A stretch of 64,000 nucleotides of DNA from an uncultured Clostridium sp. (GTDB taxonomy: Bacteria; Bacillota; Clostridia; Lachnospirales; Lachnospiraceae). The position numbers and the translations under genes were made by a program. Of the stretch, positions 1 to 8,384 are shown piece after piece. Positions within the stretch are counted from its first letter, which is position 1. Each line of letters starts with the position of its first letter. The stretch is taken from assembly GCA_938036545.1 (NCBI GenBank), contig CALHQJ010000010.1, positions 22,980 through 86,979 on the forward strand, written 5' to 3'. The notes beneath the pieces were generated by a model. That model saw only the letters and a list, made by a program, of their open reading frames with translations, was not told the origin of the DNA and did not search any database.

Positions 1-1
1 C

Positions 2-541
2 TTGACCTTTGATGATGGCCCCCATCCAGTCTGCACCAAAGACCTGTTGGACGGGCTGAAAAAACGGGGAGTAGAAGCTACATTTTTTCTTATGGGTTCT
101 GGTATTGAGGGAAATGAAGATTTGGTCCGGCGAATGCAGGTGGAAGGGCATCTGATTGGAAATCACGGCTACCAGCATGTCCAGATGACGGAAGCAGGGG
201 TGGAAAAGGTGGCGGATTCTGTGGAAAAAACCAGTCGGATTATCAAAGAGATTACCGGTGAAGAACCGGAATATTTAAGGCCGCCTTATGGGGACTGGAA
301 TGAAGAGCTGGCAGAAAGCGTAGATTTGACTCCTGTTTTCTGGTCAGTGGACAGTCTGGACTGGAAGTACCAGAATACTCAGAGGATTACCAGCAGAGTG
401 CTGAAAAAGGTTGGGGATGGGGATATTATTTTAATGCATGATATTTTTCCTACATCAGTAGAAGCGGCTCTGGAAATCGTTGACACACTGCTGGAGCAGG
501 GATATACTTTTGTTACGGCAGATGAGCTGATTATTGATTAA
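2..541 (+). CDS. polysaccharide deacetylase (NodB/CE4) family protein, 5' end probably outside window
   Basis: The frame is open to the window edge. It carries the NodB motif TFDDGPHP plus downstream HGYQH and ILMHD motifs typical of CE4 deacetylases. Confidence 0.85.
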   Translation: MTFDDGPHPVCTKDLLDGLKKRGVEATFFLMGSGIEGNEDLVRRMQVEGHLIGNHGYQHVQMTEAGVEKVADSVEKTSRIIKEITGEEPEYLRPPYGDWNEELAESVDLTPVFWSVDSLDWKYQNTQRITSRVLKKVGDGDIILMHDIFPTSVEAALEIVDTLLEQGYTFVTADELIID

Positions 542-549
542 CAAAGGAA

Positions 550-1878
550 ATGATTATGGATTTATTTGATTATATGAGAGAGACGGCTAAGGAAACCGAG
601 TCTCCGCTGGCATCCCGCCTGCGGCCGAGAACATTAGAAGAGGTAGTGGGGCAGCAGCATATAGTGGGAAAAGATAAGCTGTTGTATCGGGCAATTAAAG
701 CAGATAAAATTGGTTCAATTATTTTCTACGGCCCGCCAGGGACCGGAAAGACCACACTGGCTAAGGTGATTGCAGGAACAACCAGCGCAGAATTTAAACA
801 GATTAATGCAACGGTGGCTGGAAAAAAAGACATGGAAGATGTAGTAAAAGAAGCCAAAGACCTGCTGGGGATGTATGGAAAAAAGACGATTCTGTTTGTG
901 GACGAGATCCATCGCTTTAATAAAAGCCAGCAGGATTATCTGCTGCCTTTTGTAGAAGACGGAACTCTGATTTTAATTGGTGCAACTACGGAAAATCCTT
1001 ATTTTGAGGTAAATGGAGCGCTTATATCCAGATCTCGGATTTTTGAATTGAAACCTCTGGAAAAAGAGGATATTAAAGAACTGCTGCATCGGGCTGTAAC
1101 CGATGAAGAGAGAGGAATGGGAACGTATCGGGCGCAGATTGACGAAGACGCCCTGGAATTTTTAGCTGACGTGGCAAACGGAGACGCCAGGGCTGCTTTA
1201 AATGCCATTGAGCTGGGAATTATGACGACAGAAAGAAGCGCAGACGGTATCATTCACATTGATTTGCCAGTGGCCCAGGAGTGTATTCAGAAGAGAGCAG
1301 TCCGCTATGATAAAAGTGGGGACAGCCATTACGATACTGTGTCGGCGTTTATCAAAAGCATGAGAGGATCGGATCCGGATGCGGCAGTGTATTATCTGGC
1401 CCGTATGCTTTACGCTGGGGAAGATATTAAATTTATTTCCAGACGAATTATGATTTGTGCAGCAGAGGATGTGGGAAACGCAGATCCCCAGGCCCTGACG
1501 GTGGCAGTAAGCGCAGCCCAGGCAGTAGAACGGATTGGAATGCCGGAAGCACAGATTATTCTTTCTCAGGCAGTTACCTATGTGGCGTCTGCGCCTAAGA
1601 GTAACGCCGCCTGTACGGCAGTTTTTAATGCCATGGAAGCAGTAAAAGAGACACGTACCATGCCGGTTCCAACCCACTTACAGGATAAGCATTATAAAGG
1701 AGCAGAAAAACTGGGGCATGGACAGGGGTATTTATACGCCCATGATTATCCAAACCATTACGTAAAGCAGCAGTATCTGCCCGATGGATTGGAAGACAGA
1801 CATTTTTATGAACCGACAGACAATGGATATGAAAAGCAGATAAAAGAGCATTTGGAGTTTTTAAAATCTTCGGAATAA
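550..1878 (+). CDS. rarA: replication-associated recombination protein A (AAA+ ATPase RarA/MgsA)
   Basis: It has Walker A GPPGTGKTTLA, Walker B ILFVDEIHRFNK and an MgsA C-terminal region (SAFIKSMRGSDPDAAVYYLARML). ATG 556 is an alternative start. Confidence 0.93.
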   Translation: MIMDLFDYMRETAKETESPLASRLRPRTLEEVVGQQHIVGKDKLLYRAIKADKIGSIIFYGPPGTGKTTLAKVIAGTTSAEFKQINATVAGKKDMEDVVKEAKDLLGMYGKKTILFVDEIHRFNKSQQDYLLPFVEDGTLILIGATTENPYFEVNGALISRSRIFELKPLEKEDIKELLHRAVTDEERGMGTYRAQIDEDALEFLADVANGDARAALNAIELGIMTTERSADGIIHIDLPVAQECIQKRAVRYDKSGDSHYDTVSAFIKSMRGSDPDAAVYYLARMLYAGEDIKFISRRIMICAAEDVGNADPQALTVAVSAAQAVERIGMPEAQIILSQAVTYVASAPKSNAACTAVFNAMEAVKETRTMPVPTHLQDKHYKGAEKLGHGQGYLYAHDYPNHYVKQQYLPDGLEDRHFYEPTDNGYEKQIKEHLEFLKSSE

Positions 1879-1947
1879 TTCTGAATATATAAATATTATG
1901 GGCAAATGTATGCCCTTGCAAAGATCAGAACGGAAGGAAAAACATCT

Positions 1948-3510
1948 ATGAGAGAGTCAAATTTTCCGAGAAAATCGTCCTATAAAGGACCGAGAAATAG
2001 ACGGGCGGCAGAACAATTAAGAAAGAAAAAACAGAGGATGATCCTTGGAGGTGTCGGTGCGGCAGCAGCAGCGGCACTGGCAGCGGCAATCGTGTTCTGG
2101 CCGGAAAAAGAAGAGAAAAAAACGGAAGCTGTGATTGCAGAGACCGAGAGTACAGAAGCTCCGGTGCGCAAGAGCGTGACAGTAGACGGGATTTCCCTGG
2201 ACGGGATGAACAGGGAGGAAGCTAAAAAAGTCTTGATGGAAAAACATCCATGGAACCTTCAGGTGGCCAGAGAGGGAGAAAATGGCAAAGAAACACTGAC
2301 AATCGTAAATATGGCGGAGCCGGCAATTGATAACCTTTTGGATGAGATTTTTGCATCCCAGGAAGGCGGAACCTATATTTTAAGCATCGTTGGAGAGGAA
2401 GCGGCAATAGAGGCTGAAGTGGCAGCTGTAGCGAGAGCGTGGGATGTGAAAGCCCAAAATACAAAGCTGGACCATTTTGATAACAGTACAGGGAAATATG
2501 TATTTACAGAAGGAAAAAGCGGAAAGCTGGTGGATCAGGAAAAACTGACAGCTGACATTGAAGCAGTAATAGCAAGCGGCAATTACAGGCAGACCATTGA
2601 CGTTTCATTTGTAGAAACAACGCCGGAAAATTCGGACAAGGTAAAGGCAGAATATAAGACCCTGGCGACTTTTACAACGAATACCACAAGCAATTCCAAG
2701 AGAAATACCAACGTCCGCCTGGCAGCAGAAGCATTGAACGGAACCATTGTACAGCCGGGAGAAGAATTTTCTTTTAATAAGGTAGTAGGCCAGCGGACAG
2801 CAGAAAAAGGGTATCAGGCGGCAGCGGCTTACAGCAGCGGTGAGGTTGTACAGGAAATTGGAGGAGGCGTGTGCCAGATTTCCAGTACCATGTACAGGGT
2901 AGTATTTCAGGCAGGTATGGAGATTACATACCGCCGTTCCCATACTTTTGAACCCAATTACGTAACGCCAGGACAGGACGCCGCAATTAGCTGGGAACAG
3001 CCGGATTTTAAGTTTATCAATCGTTCAAAAGGGCCGATTTGTATCAGGGCCAGTTATGCAGATCAGAAAGCAACGGTTTCTATTTACGGCATTCCGGTGC
3101 TGGAAGACGGCATTACCTGGGATCTGTACTCTGAAAAAACAGGAGAGGTAGATCCGCCAGAGCCGACTTATATTGAAGATCAGACACTGGAACCAGGCAC
3201 AGAAAAGGTACAAAAAGCCGGAAGTAATGGAACTACCTGGGTGACTTATAAGGTGGTTTATAAAGACGGAAAGGAAATTGAACGTGTAAAAGACCACGAA
3301 AAGACCTATAAAGGCCATGCTGCGGTAATTCGCCGGAACACCAGTCCTGTTAAGCTCACGCCGGAAGAAACCGAACCAGCAGCGGAGACTGAAACTACTG
3401 CTGCACCACCGGTTGATGGTATGCCAGATGAGTATGTACCAGGAGAGGACATGATAGTGGAACCGGAGCCATCTTTAGAGGCACCGGAAGAGGAAGAAGT
3501 AGAAGAATAG
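1948..3510 (+). CDS. VanW family protein with G5-like domain and acidic Pro/Glu tail
   Basis: It has an N-terminal TM (ILGGVGAAAAAALAAAIVFW), the VanW signature GGGVCQISSTMYRVVFQAG and a G5-like segment EPGTEKVQKAGSNGTTWVTYKVVYKDGKE. The start was placed at ATG 1948 behind GGAAGGA; the ORF is open from 1906. Confidence 0.85.
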   Translation: MRESNFPRKSSYKGPRNRRAAEQLRKKKQRMILGGVGAAAAAALAAAIVFWPEKEEKKTEAVIAETESTEAPVRKSVTVDGISLDGMNREEAKKVLMEKHPWNLQVAREGENGKETLTIVNMAEPAIDNLLDEIFASQEGGTYILSIVGEEAAIEAEVAAVARAWDVKAQNTKLDHFDNSTGKYVFTEGKSGKLVDQEKLTADIEAVIASGNYRQTIDVSFVETTPENSDKVKAEYKTLATFTTNTTSNSKRNTNVRLAAEALNGTIVQPGEEFSFNKVVGQRTAEKGYQAAAAYSSGEVVQEIGGGVCQISSTMYRVVFQAGMEITYRRSHTFEPNYVTPGQDAAISWEQPDFKFINRSKGPICIRASYADQKATVSIYGIPVLEDGITWDLYSEKTGEVDPPEPTYIEDQTLEPGTEKVQKAGSNGTTWVTYKVVYKDGKEIERVKDHEKTYKGHAAVIRRNTSPVKLTPEETEPAAETETTAAPPVDGMPDEYVPGEDMIVEPEPSLEAPEEEEVEE

Positions 3511-3550
3511 CAGTTTAATTAAAATGGATAATTAAAATCAGATGGATACC

Positions 3551-3579
3551 TTGCATCTCTAAAAAAATTGTGTTATACT
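3551..3579 (+). promoter_or_regulatory. sigma-A type promoter (TTGCAT-17-TATACT with TGn extension)
   Basis: ttgcat lies at 3551-3556, followed by a 17-nt spacer ending in tgt, then tatact at 3574-3579, upstream of the queT leader. Confidence 0.6.
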
Positions 3580-3650
3580 TACCCCCGTTGCAAAGCCCAC
3601 AAAAACAAGGTCTTATCGGGCTTTCCGCCGATTTCCGGCGTAAAATGAAT

Positions 3651-3693
3651 CGAGTGTTCGCGACCTTCCACTCGTAAAACAAAACTAAAGGAG
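3651..3693 (+). promoter_or_regulatory. preQ1-I type riboswitch aptamer (translational, overlaps SD)
   Basis: P1 is CGAGUG/CACUCG around the loop UUCGCGACCUUC, followed by the A-rich tail UAAAACAAAACUAAAGGAG. Loop CCUU can pair with the AAGG of the SD. It lies directly upstream of a QueT-family transporter, the classical genomic context. Confidence 0.7.
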
Positions 3694-3704
3694 AAAATTG
3701 AACA

Positions 3705-4205
3705 ATGAAAACAAACAACAAAACCGTGTACTTTATGACCCACGGAGCTATGATTGCGGCTATCTATGTAGCATTGACTATGCTCTTTGCTCCCATCAGT
3801 TTTGGCCCTGTTCAGTTCCGTATCTCAGAAGCTCTGTGCATTCTGCCGTTTTTTACTCCTGCGGCAGTACCTGGACTTGCAGTGGGATGTTTGCTGGCCA
3901 ACATTTTCTGCGGCGCCATGATGCCGGATATTATTTTCGGTACATTGGCAACACTGATTGGAGCAGCCGGATCTTATGCCTTGAGAAAGAACAAATGGCT
4001 GGTATGTATTCCGCCGATTCTTGCCAATGCGCTGATTATCCCATTTGTTCTCCGGTTTGCCTACGGGTCTGAGGATTTGATTCCTTACATGATGCTGACA
4101 GTAGGGATTGGCGAGGTTCTGGCAGTTGGCTTTTTAGGCAACGCCCTGATGCTTGCCCTGGATAAGTATAAAGGTTTGATTTTTAAGACAGCAGCAATTC
4201 GATAA
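3705..4205 (+). CDS. queT: QueT family queuosine-precursor transporter (ECF S-component-like)
   Basis: This is a 166-aa polytopic protein (MTHGAMIAAIYVALTMLFAPISFGPVQFRISEALCILPFF) preceded by a preQ1-type aptamer. Confidence 0.8.
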   Translation: MKTNNKTVYFMTHGAMIAAIYVALTMLFAPISFGPVQFRISEALCILPFFTPAAVPGLAVGCLLANIFCGAMMPDIIFGTLATLIGAAGSYALRKNKWLVCIPPILANALIIPFVLRFAYGSEDLIPYMMLTVGIGEVLAVGFLGNALMLALDKYKGLIFKTAAIR

Positions 4206-4238
4206 GAAAGAGCTGGAACATTGAATTTTTAGTGCTGT

Positions 4239-4296
4239 AAAAACTCCGGCAGGAGGCGGGAATGAAATGGATTCCTCTTCTGCCGGAGTTTTTTAT
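4239..4296. terminator. bidirectional rho-independent terminator
   Basis: The stem actccggcag (4243-4252) pairs with ctgccggagt (4280-4289). It is flanked by an A-run on the left and a T-run on the right, between convergent queT and the methyltransferase remnant. Confidence 0.75.
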
Positions 4297-4321
4297 TTGA
4301 TGGGAATTTCTAAGGCCCCCA

Positions 4322-4972
4322 TCAGACGGCACACAAAGGAGACTTTTTACATTTAAAGAATATAAAATCAGGCCGGTGGAGTGTTCCGCCGAAAATATTA
4401 GGATATTGCTCTCTTAGTTCATCGGAAGCATGGGATTCCTGACATTCTTCTATGAGAAAGCCGGCTTTTATCATAGCATTTAAAATACTGGAAAGGGTTC
4501 TGTGGTAAAGTTCATAGTTATCCACACACCAGGTTACCATTCGTTTTCCTTCTACAAAGTAGTTGTTGATATTGGCATAAAGCCGTTTGCCGGAGTCATC
4601 GCAGGTATATCTGGGATATTGTCCGTCGTACGCCGTTGACATGGGATGGGACATGCTAAATATAAAGTGAGAATCATCTTTCATAATCTGGCAGATATTC
4701 TTCATCAATTCTTCAAAATTCTCAGCATAATCAAATACCAGAGAACTTGTAATTATGTCAAATTGCTGGTTCAGGCGGCGTAGATCTTCAAATGCCATCT
4801 GCTGATAGGTGATATTTGCAGCGCTGTTGTGTGTTCTGGCATAGTCCAGCATTTTTTCAGAAATATCAATTCCCAATACAGATTTTGCGCCCAGATCGGA
4901 ATATTGTTTTGCGTGCTGCCCCATGCCGCAGCCAATATCTAATATAGTCTTGCCCTGTATTCCTTCTGCCGA
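4322..4972 (-). pseudogene. class I SAM-dependent methyltransferase, 5'-truncated (no start upstream of motif I)
   Basis: The frame reads stop-SAEGIQGKTILDIGCGMGQHAKQY. The glycine-rich SAM motif (ILDIGCGMG) sits only 11 codons after an in-frame TAA (4973-4975). The first ATG (4924) falls inside the motif, and about 35 N-terminal residues normally present are missing. Confidence 0.6.
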
Positions 4973-5024
4973 TTAGAAACGTTACAGTTTCGATTATACC
5001 ATAGTTCTTTCTTATTACAAATAG

Positions 5025-5053
5025 TTGATTTTATTATCCTGAGATAGTAAGAT
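5025..5053 (+). promoter_or_regulatory. candidate promoter TTGATT-17-TAAGAT
   Basis: The hexamers lie at 5025-5030 and 5048-5053, upstream of the HPr-like gene. This rests on motif spacing only. Confidence 0.35.
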
Positions 5054-5111
5054 AGAGCTAACAAAATTTACATCTGTATATGCGGATGTTTTAGAAAAAC
5101 GAGGGGAACAT

Positions 5112-5369
5112 ATGATAACATTTACTTACATGATTTCAGATGGAGACGGCCTTCATGCCAGAAATGCTTTGCAGGTCGCCAGAGCAGCAGAGGATTATAA
5201 ATGCAGTATTAAGGTTTCCAGCGGAGGTAAAACAGCCAATGGGAAGCAGGTTTTAAGCCTGATAGGACTGTCTGCCAGAAAGGGAGCGGAACTGGTGTTT
5301 TCTCTGGAAGGAGAGGATGAGGAAGAAGCAGCCGCATACCTTCAGGCCTTAGTCAAGGAGGTTGTATAG
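5112..5369 (+). CDS. HPr-family phosphocarrier protein paralog (His present, Ser46 position replaced)
   Basis: The 85-aa protein has GLHARNALQVA matching the HPr His15 loop (GxHARPA). The regulatory Ser region reads GKQVLSL (Gln at the Ser46 position). Confidence 0.8.
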   Translation: MITFTYMISDGDGLHARNALQVARAAEDYKCSIKVSSGGKTANGKQVLSLIGLSARKGAELVFSLEGEDEEEAAAYLQALVKEVV

Positions 5370-5410
5370 GGCAGTACAGCAAAAAGCATATGCCTAAAGG
5401 AGGAAGGATT

Positions 5411-5752
5411 ATGGAAGGGTTGGAAATGATTTGTTTTCAGATTATTTCAAATGTAGGATCTGCCAGAAGCAGTTATGTGGAAGCAATCCAGAAGGCGAAA
5501 TCCGGAGACTTTGAAGGGGCAGAAATTTTGATGAATGAAGGGGAACGGGAATTTTTACAGGGATATACAGCCCACTCTGAGCTGATTCAAAAAGAAGCTG
5601 CAGGAGTGCCGGTGGCCAATTCACTGATTCTTGTACATGCGGAAAATCTGGTTATGAGCGCAGAAGAGTTTCGGGTGATTGCGGCTGAACTCATTGATAG
5701 TTATAAAAGAATTGTAAAACTGGAACAGCTTTCAGAACAGCAGACAGTATAG
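5411..5752 (+). CDS. PTS lactose/cellobiose-family EIIA paralog
   Basis: The sequence MEGLEMICFQIISNVGSARS...LILVHAENLVMSAEEF has the EIIA(Lac/Chb) three-helix fold pattern. AGGAGG lies 7 nt upstream of ATG 5411. Confidence 0.8.
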   Translation: MEGLEMICFQIISNVGSARSSYVEAIQKAKSGDFEGAEILMNEGEREFLQGYTAHSELIQKEAAGVPVANSLILVHAENLVMSAEEFRVIAAELIDSYKRIVKLEQLSEQQTV

Positions 5753-5773
5753 AATAAATGACAGGAGGAAACA

Positions 5774-6700
5774 ATGATGTGGGGAATAATTTCCACCTGG
5801 AGCATGGCGGCAGAAGGCGTTAAGAACGGCGCAGAGCTGTTAAAAGAAGGAAGAAATGCCGGAGATGCAACAGAGACGGCCATTCGGAAAGTAGAGGACT
5901 TTCCATATTATAAATCGGTAGGATATGGCGGCCTGCCAAATGAAGAAATGGAAGTGGAGCTGGATGCCGCATATATGGACGGAGATACTCTTTCTATCGG
6001 TGCAGTAGCGGCAGTGAAGGATTTTGCCAATCCGGTGTCAATTGCGAGGCGGCTGAGCAGAGAAAGTGTCAATAACCTTTTAGTAGGAGACGGAGCAGAA
6101 AAATTTGCCGGAAAAGAAGGCTTTGAACGGAAAAATATGCTTACTGATGCAGCAAAAGAACGCTACCATAAGCGGGTAAAAGAAATAAGGGAACAGGAAT
6201 TAAAGCCTTATTCCGGCCACGATACTGTAGGCGTAGCATGTCTGGACGCTCAGGGAACGATGACGGCGGCCACATCTACCAGTGGTCTGTTTATGAAGAA
6301 AAAGGGACGGGTTGGAGATTCTCCTATCGTAGGTTCCGGATTTTATGCAGACAGCAAACGAGGGGCAGCGGCAGCGACAGGCTTGGGAGAAGACCTGATG
6401 AAAGGATGTATTTCTTATGAAATTGTCCGCCTGATGGGAGAAGGGAAGCATCCCCAGGAGGCCTGTGAGACAGCGGTCAGCCGGTTAGATGAAGAACTGA
6501 AATGCCGCAGAGGGCAGGCAGGAGATTTATCTGTGATCGCCATGAATGCCAAAGGCCAGTGGGGAGCTGCAACCAACATAGACGGATTTACCTTTGTTGT
6601 GGCTTCAGAACAGGAAGAACCGACGGTTTACCTGGCAGTCAGAGGGAAAGACGGACACTGTACCTTTGAAAAAACGTCAGAAGAGTGGACAGAGGAATAG
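5774..6700 (+). CDS. N4-(beta-N-acetylglucosaminyl)-L-asparaginase (glycosylasparaginase, Ntn hydrolase), cytoplasmic
   Basis: It has the autoprocessing/nucleophile motif GHDTVGVACLDAQG followed by GRVGDSPIVGSGFYAD and AAATGLGEDLMK, typical of the aspartylglucosaminidase branch of the Asparaginase_2 family. No signal peptide is present. Confidence 0.85.
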   Translation: MMWGIISTWSMAAEGVKNGAELLKEGRNAGDATETAIRKVEDFPYYKSVGYGGLPNEEMEVELDAAYMDGDTLSIGAVAAVKDFANPVSIARRLSRESVNNLLVGDGAEKFAGKEGFERKNMLTDAAKERYHKRVKEIREQELKPYSGHDTVGVACLDAQGTMTAATSTSGLFMKKKGRVGDSPIVGSGFYADSKRGAAAATGLGEDLMKGCISYEIVRLMGEGKHPQEACETAVSRLDEELKCRRGQAGDLSVIAMNAKGQWGAATNIDGFTFVVASEQEEPTVYLAVRGKDGHCTFEKTSEEWTEE

Positions 6701-6731
6701 TTCAATCAATGAGAAAGGCAGGAAAACAGGG

Positions 6732-7475
6732 ATGAAGCCGGTTGTTGAGATATGCTGCGGAAGCTATTATGATGCAAAGCAGGCGTTTGCAGGCGGAGCG
6801 AAACGGATCGAGTTAAACAGTGCGCTGATGCTGGGCGGACTGACTCCAACGGTATCTACGCTGCGTATGGTGAAGGAGGAGATGCCGGAATTAAAGGTAA
6901 TCGCCATGGTTCGTCCAAGAGGCGCTGGCTTCTGCTATAGTCCGGAGGATTTTCAGGTCATGGAGGCAGAATGTAAAATGCTTACGGAAAACGGGGCGGA
7001 TGGAATTGCGTTTGGCTGTCTGAATCCTGATGCAAGCCTGAATGAAGTTCAGATACAGAGATTAGTCAGTATTATAAAAAACAGCGGAAAAGAGGCAGTT
7101 TTCCACAGGGCCTTTGACTGCTGTGCCGAGCCCTTTCAAACAACAGAGAAACTGATAAAATTGGAAATTGACCGGATTTTAACCAGCGGATTAAAACCTA
7201 AGGCAGAAGAGGGACTGGATCTGCTGCGGCAGCTGAATGACAGATACGGCCGCAGAATTGAATTTTTAGCCGGAAGCGGAGTAAACGCGTCCAATGCAAA
7301 AAGAATTATGGAGGCAACCGGATTAAATCAGGTTCATAGTTCCTGCAAAGACTGGATAGAGGATGGTACTACGATACAAAACGGCGTTTCTTACAGCATG
7401 ATAAGCGGAGAAAAATCCATGTGCTATGACGTTGTTTCTGCTGGATTAGTTAAAAATTTAATAGAGAGCGTATAG
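6732..7475 (+). CDS. cutC: CutC family protein (TIM-barrel, function uncertain)
   Basis: MKPVVEICCGSYYDAKQAFAGGAKRIELNSALMLGGLTP is the CutC N-terminal signature. The longer ORF from 6594 overlaps the preceding gene and was rejected. Confidence 0.8.
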   Translation: MKPVVEICCGSYYDAKQAFAGGAKRIELNSALMLGGLTPTVSTLRMVKEEMPELKVIAMVRPRGAGFCYSPEDFQVMEAECKMLTENGADGIAFGCLNPDASLNEVQIQRLVSIIKNSGKEAVFHRAFDCCAEPFQTTEKLIKLEIDRILTSGLKPKAEEGLDLLRQLNDRYGRRIEFLAGSGVNASNAKRIMEATGLNQVHSSCKDWIEDGTTIQNGVSYSMISGEKSMCYDVVSAGLVKNLIESV

Positions 7476-7493
7476 AGGCTCAGGGGGTATAAG

Positions 7494-8366
7494 ATGTTTG
7501 CCAAATATAAACACAATATTGTGGTGAGAAGGATGATTACCATTGCCGCAGTAGTAGCGTCTGCGCTTTTGCAGGCCTATGTGATTCAGGTATTTATCCG
7601 TCCGTCCAACCTGCTGTCCGGCGGTTTTACGGGTTTGGCCATACTGGTTGATAAGATTGCCTCTCTATATGGAAAACATTTTTCCACTTCACTGGGAATG
7701 CTGGTATTCAATATTCCGGTAGCAATTTTATGCAGCAAAAGCATAAGCCCCAGGTTTACCCTTTTTTCCATGATGCAGGTATTTCTTGCCAGTAGTTTTC
7801 TGAAAATCTTCCAATTTGAACCGCTGTTTGACGACATTATGCTCAATGTGATTTTTGGGGGATTTCTAAATGGAATCGCAATTGCCATTGCCCTTAGGGG
7901 CAATGCTTCTACAGGTGGAACGGACTTTATTGCCTTGTATGTGTCTAACAAAACAGGACACTCTATTTGGGAGTACGTATTTGCCGGAAATGCAGTGTTG
8001 CTTTGTATTTTTGGATACAAATTTGGATGGCTGCATGCAGGATATTCTATCCTGTTTCAGTTTATTTCAACTAAGACAATCTCGACTTTCCACCATCGCT
8101 ACGAAAGGGTTACGCTGCAGATAACCACGTCAAAGCCGGAAGAACTGATAGCGGCTTATGTGGGAAGATTCCGCCACGGTATTTCCTGCGTGGATGCAGT
8201 AGGCGGTTACAGCCATAAGAAAATGGCCTTGCTTCATACGGTTGTATCTTCTTATGAAGTATCGGACATTGTTATGCTGATGAGAAGTATAGATCCCCAT
8301 GTGATTATTAATTCAATCAAAACAGAAAACTTTTACGGTGGATTTTATCGGGCGCCAATTGACTAA
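7494..8366 (+). CDS. YitT family membrane protein (DUF2179 C-terminal domain)
   Basis: It has polytopic N-terminal TMs (GGFTGLAILV, STGGTDFIALY) and a soluble C-terminal DUF2179-like domain. Confidence 0.8.
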   Translation: MFAKYKHNIVVRRMITIAAVVASALLQAYVIQVFIRPSNLLSGGFTGLAILVDKIASLYGKHFSTSLGMLVFNIPVAILCSKSISPRFTLFSMMQVFLASSFLKIFQFEPLFDDIMLNVIFGGFLNGIAIAIALRGNASTGGTDFIALYVSNKTGHSIWEYVFAGNAVLLCIFGYKFGWLHAGYSILFQFISTKTISTFHHRYERVTLQITTSKPEELIAAYVGRFRHGISCVDAVGGYSHKKMALLHTVVSSYEVSDIVMLMRSIDPHVIINSIKTENFYGGFYRAPID

Positions 8367-8384
8367 AAATATATTTAGATAAGG

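Noticed and set aside
3698-4072. A 124-aa ORF lies in an alternative frame overlapping queT.
   Set aside because: It shares the region with the QueT-family frame, which has the expected TM pattern and riboswitch context. The alternative frame is Cys/Ser-rich with no features.
6594-6731. The track ORF 6594-7475 would give CutC an N-terminal extension.
   Set aside because: The extension overlaps the 3' end of the glycosylasparaginase gene in another frame and is Arg/Lys-rich junk. The conserved CutC N-terminus begins at ATG 6732.
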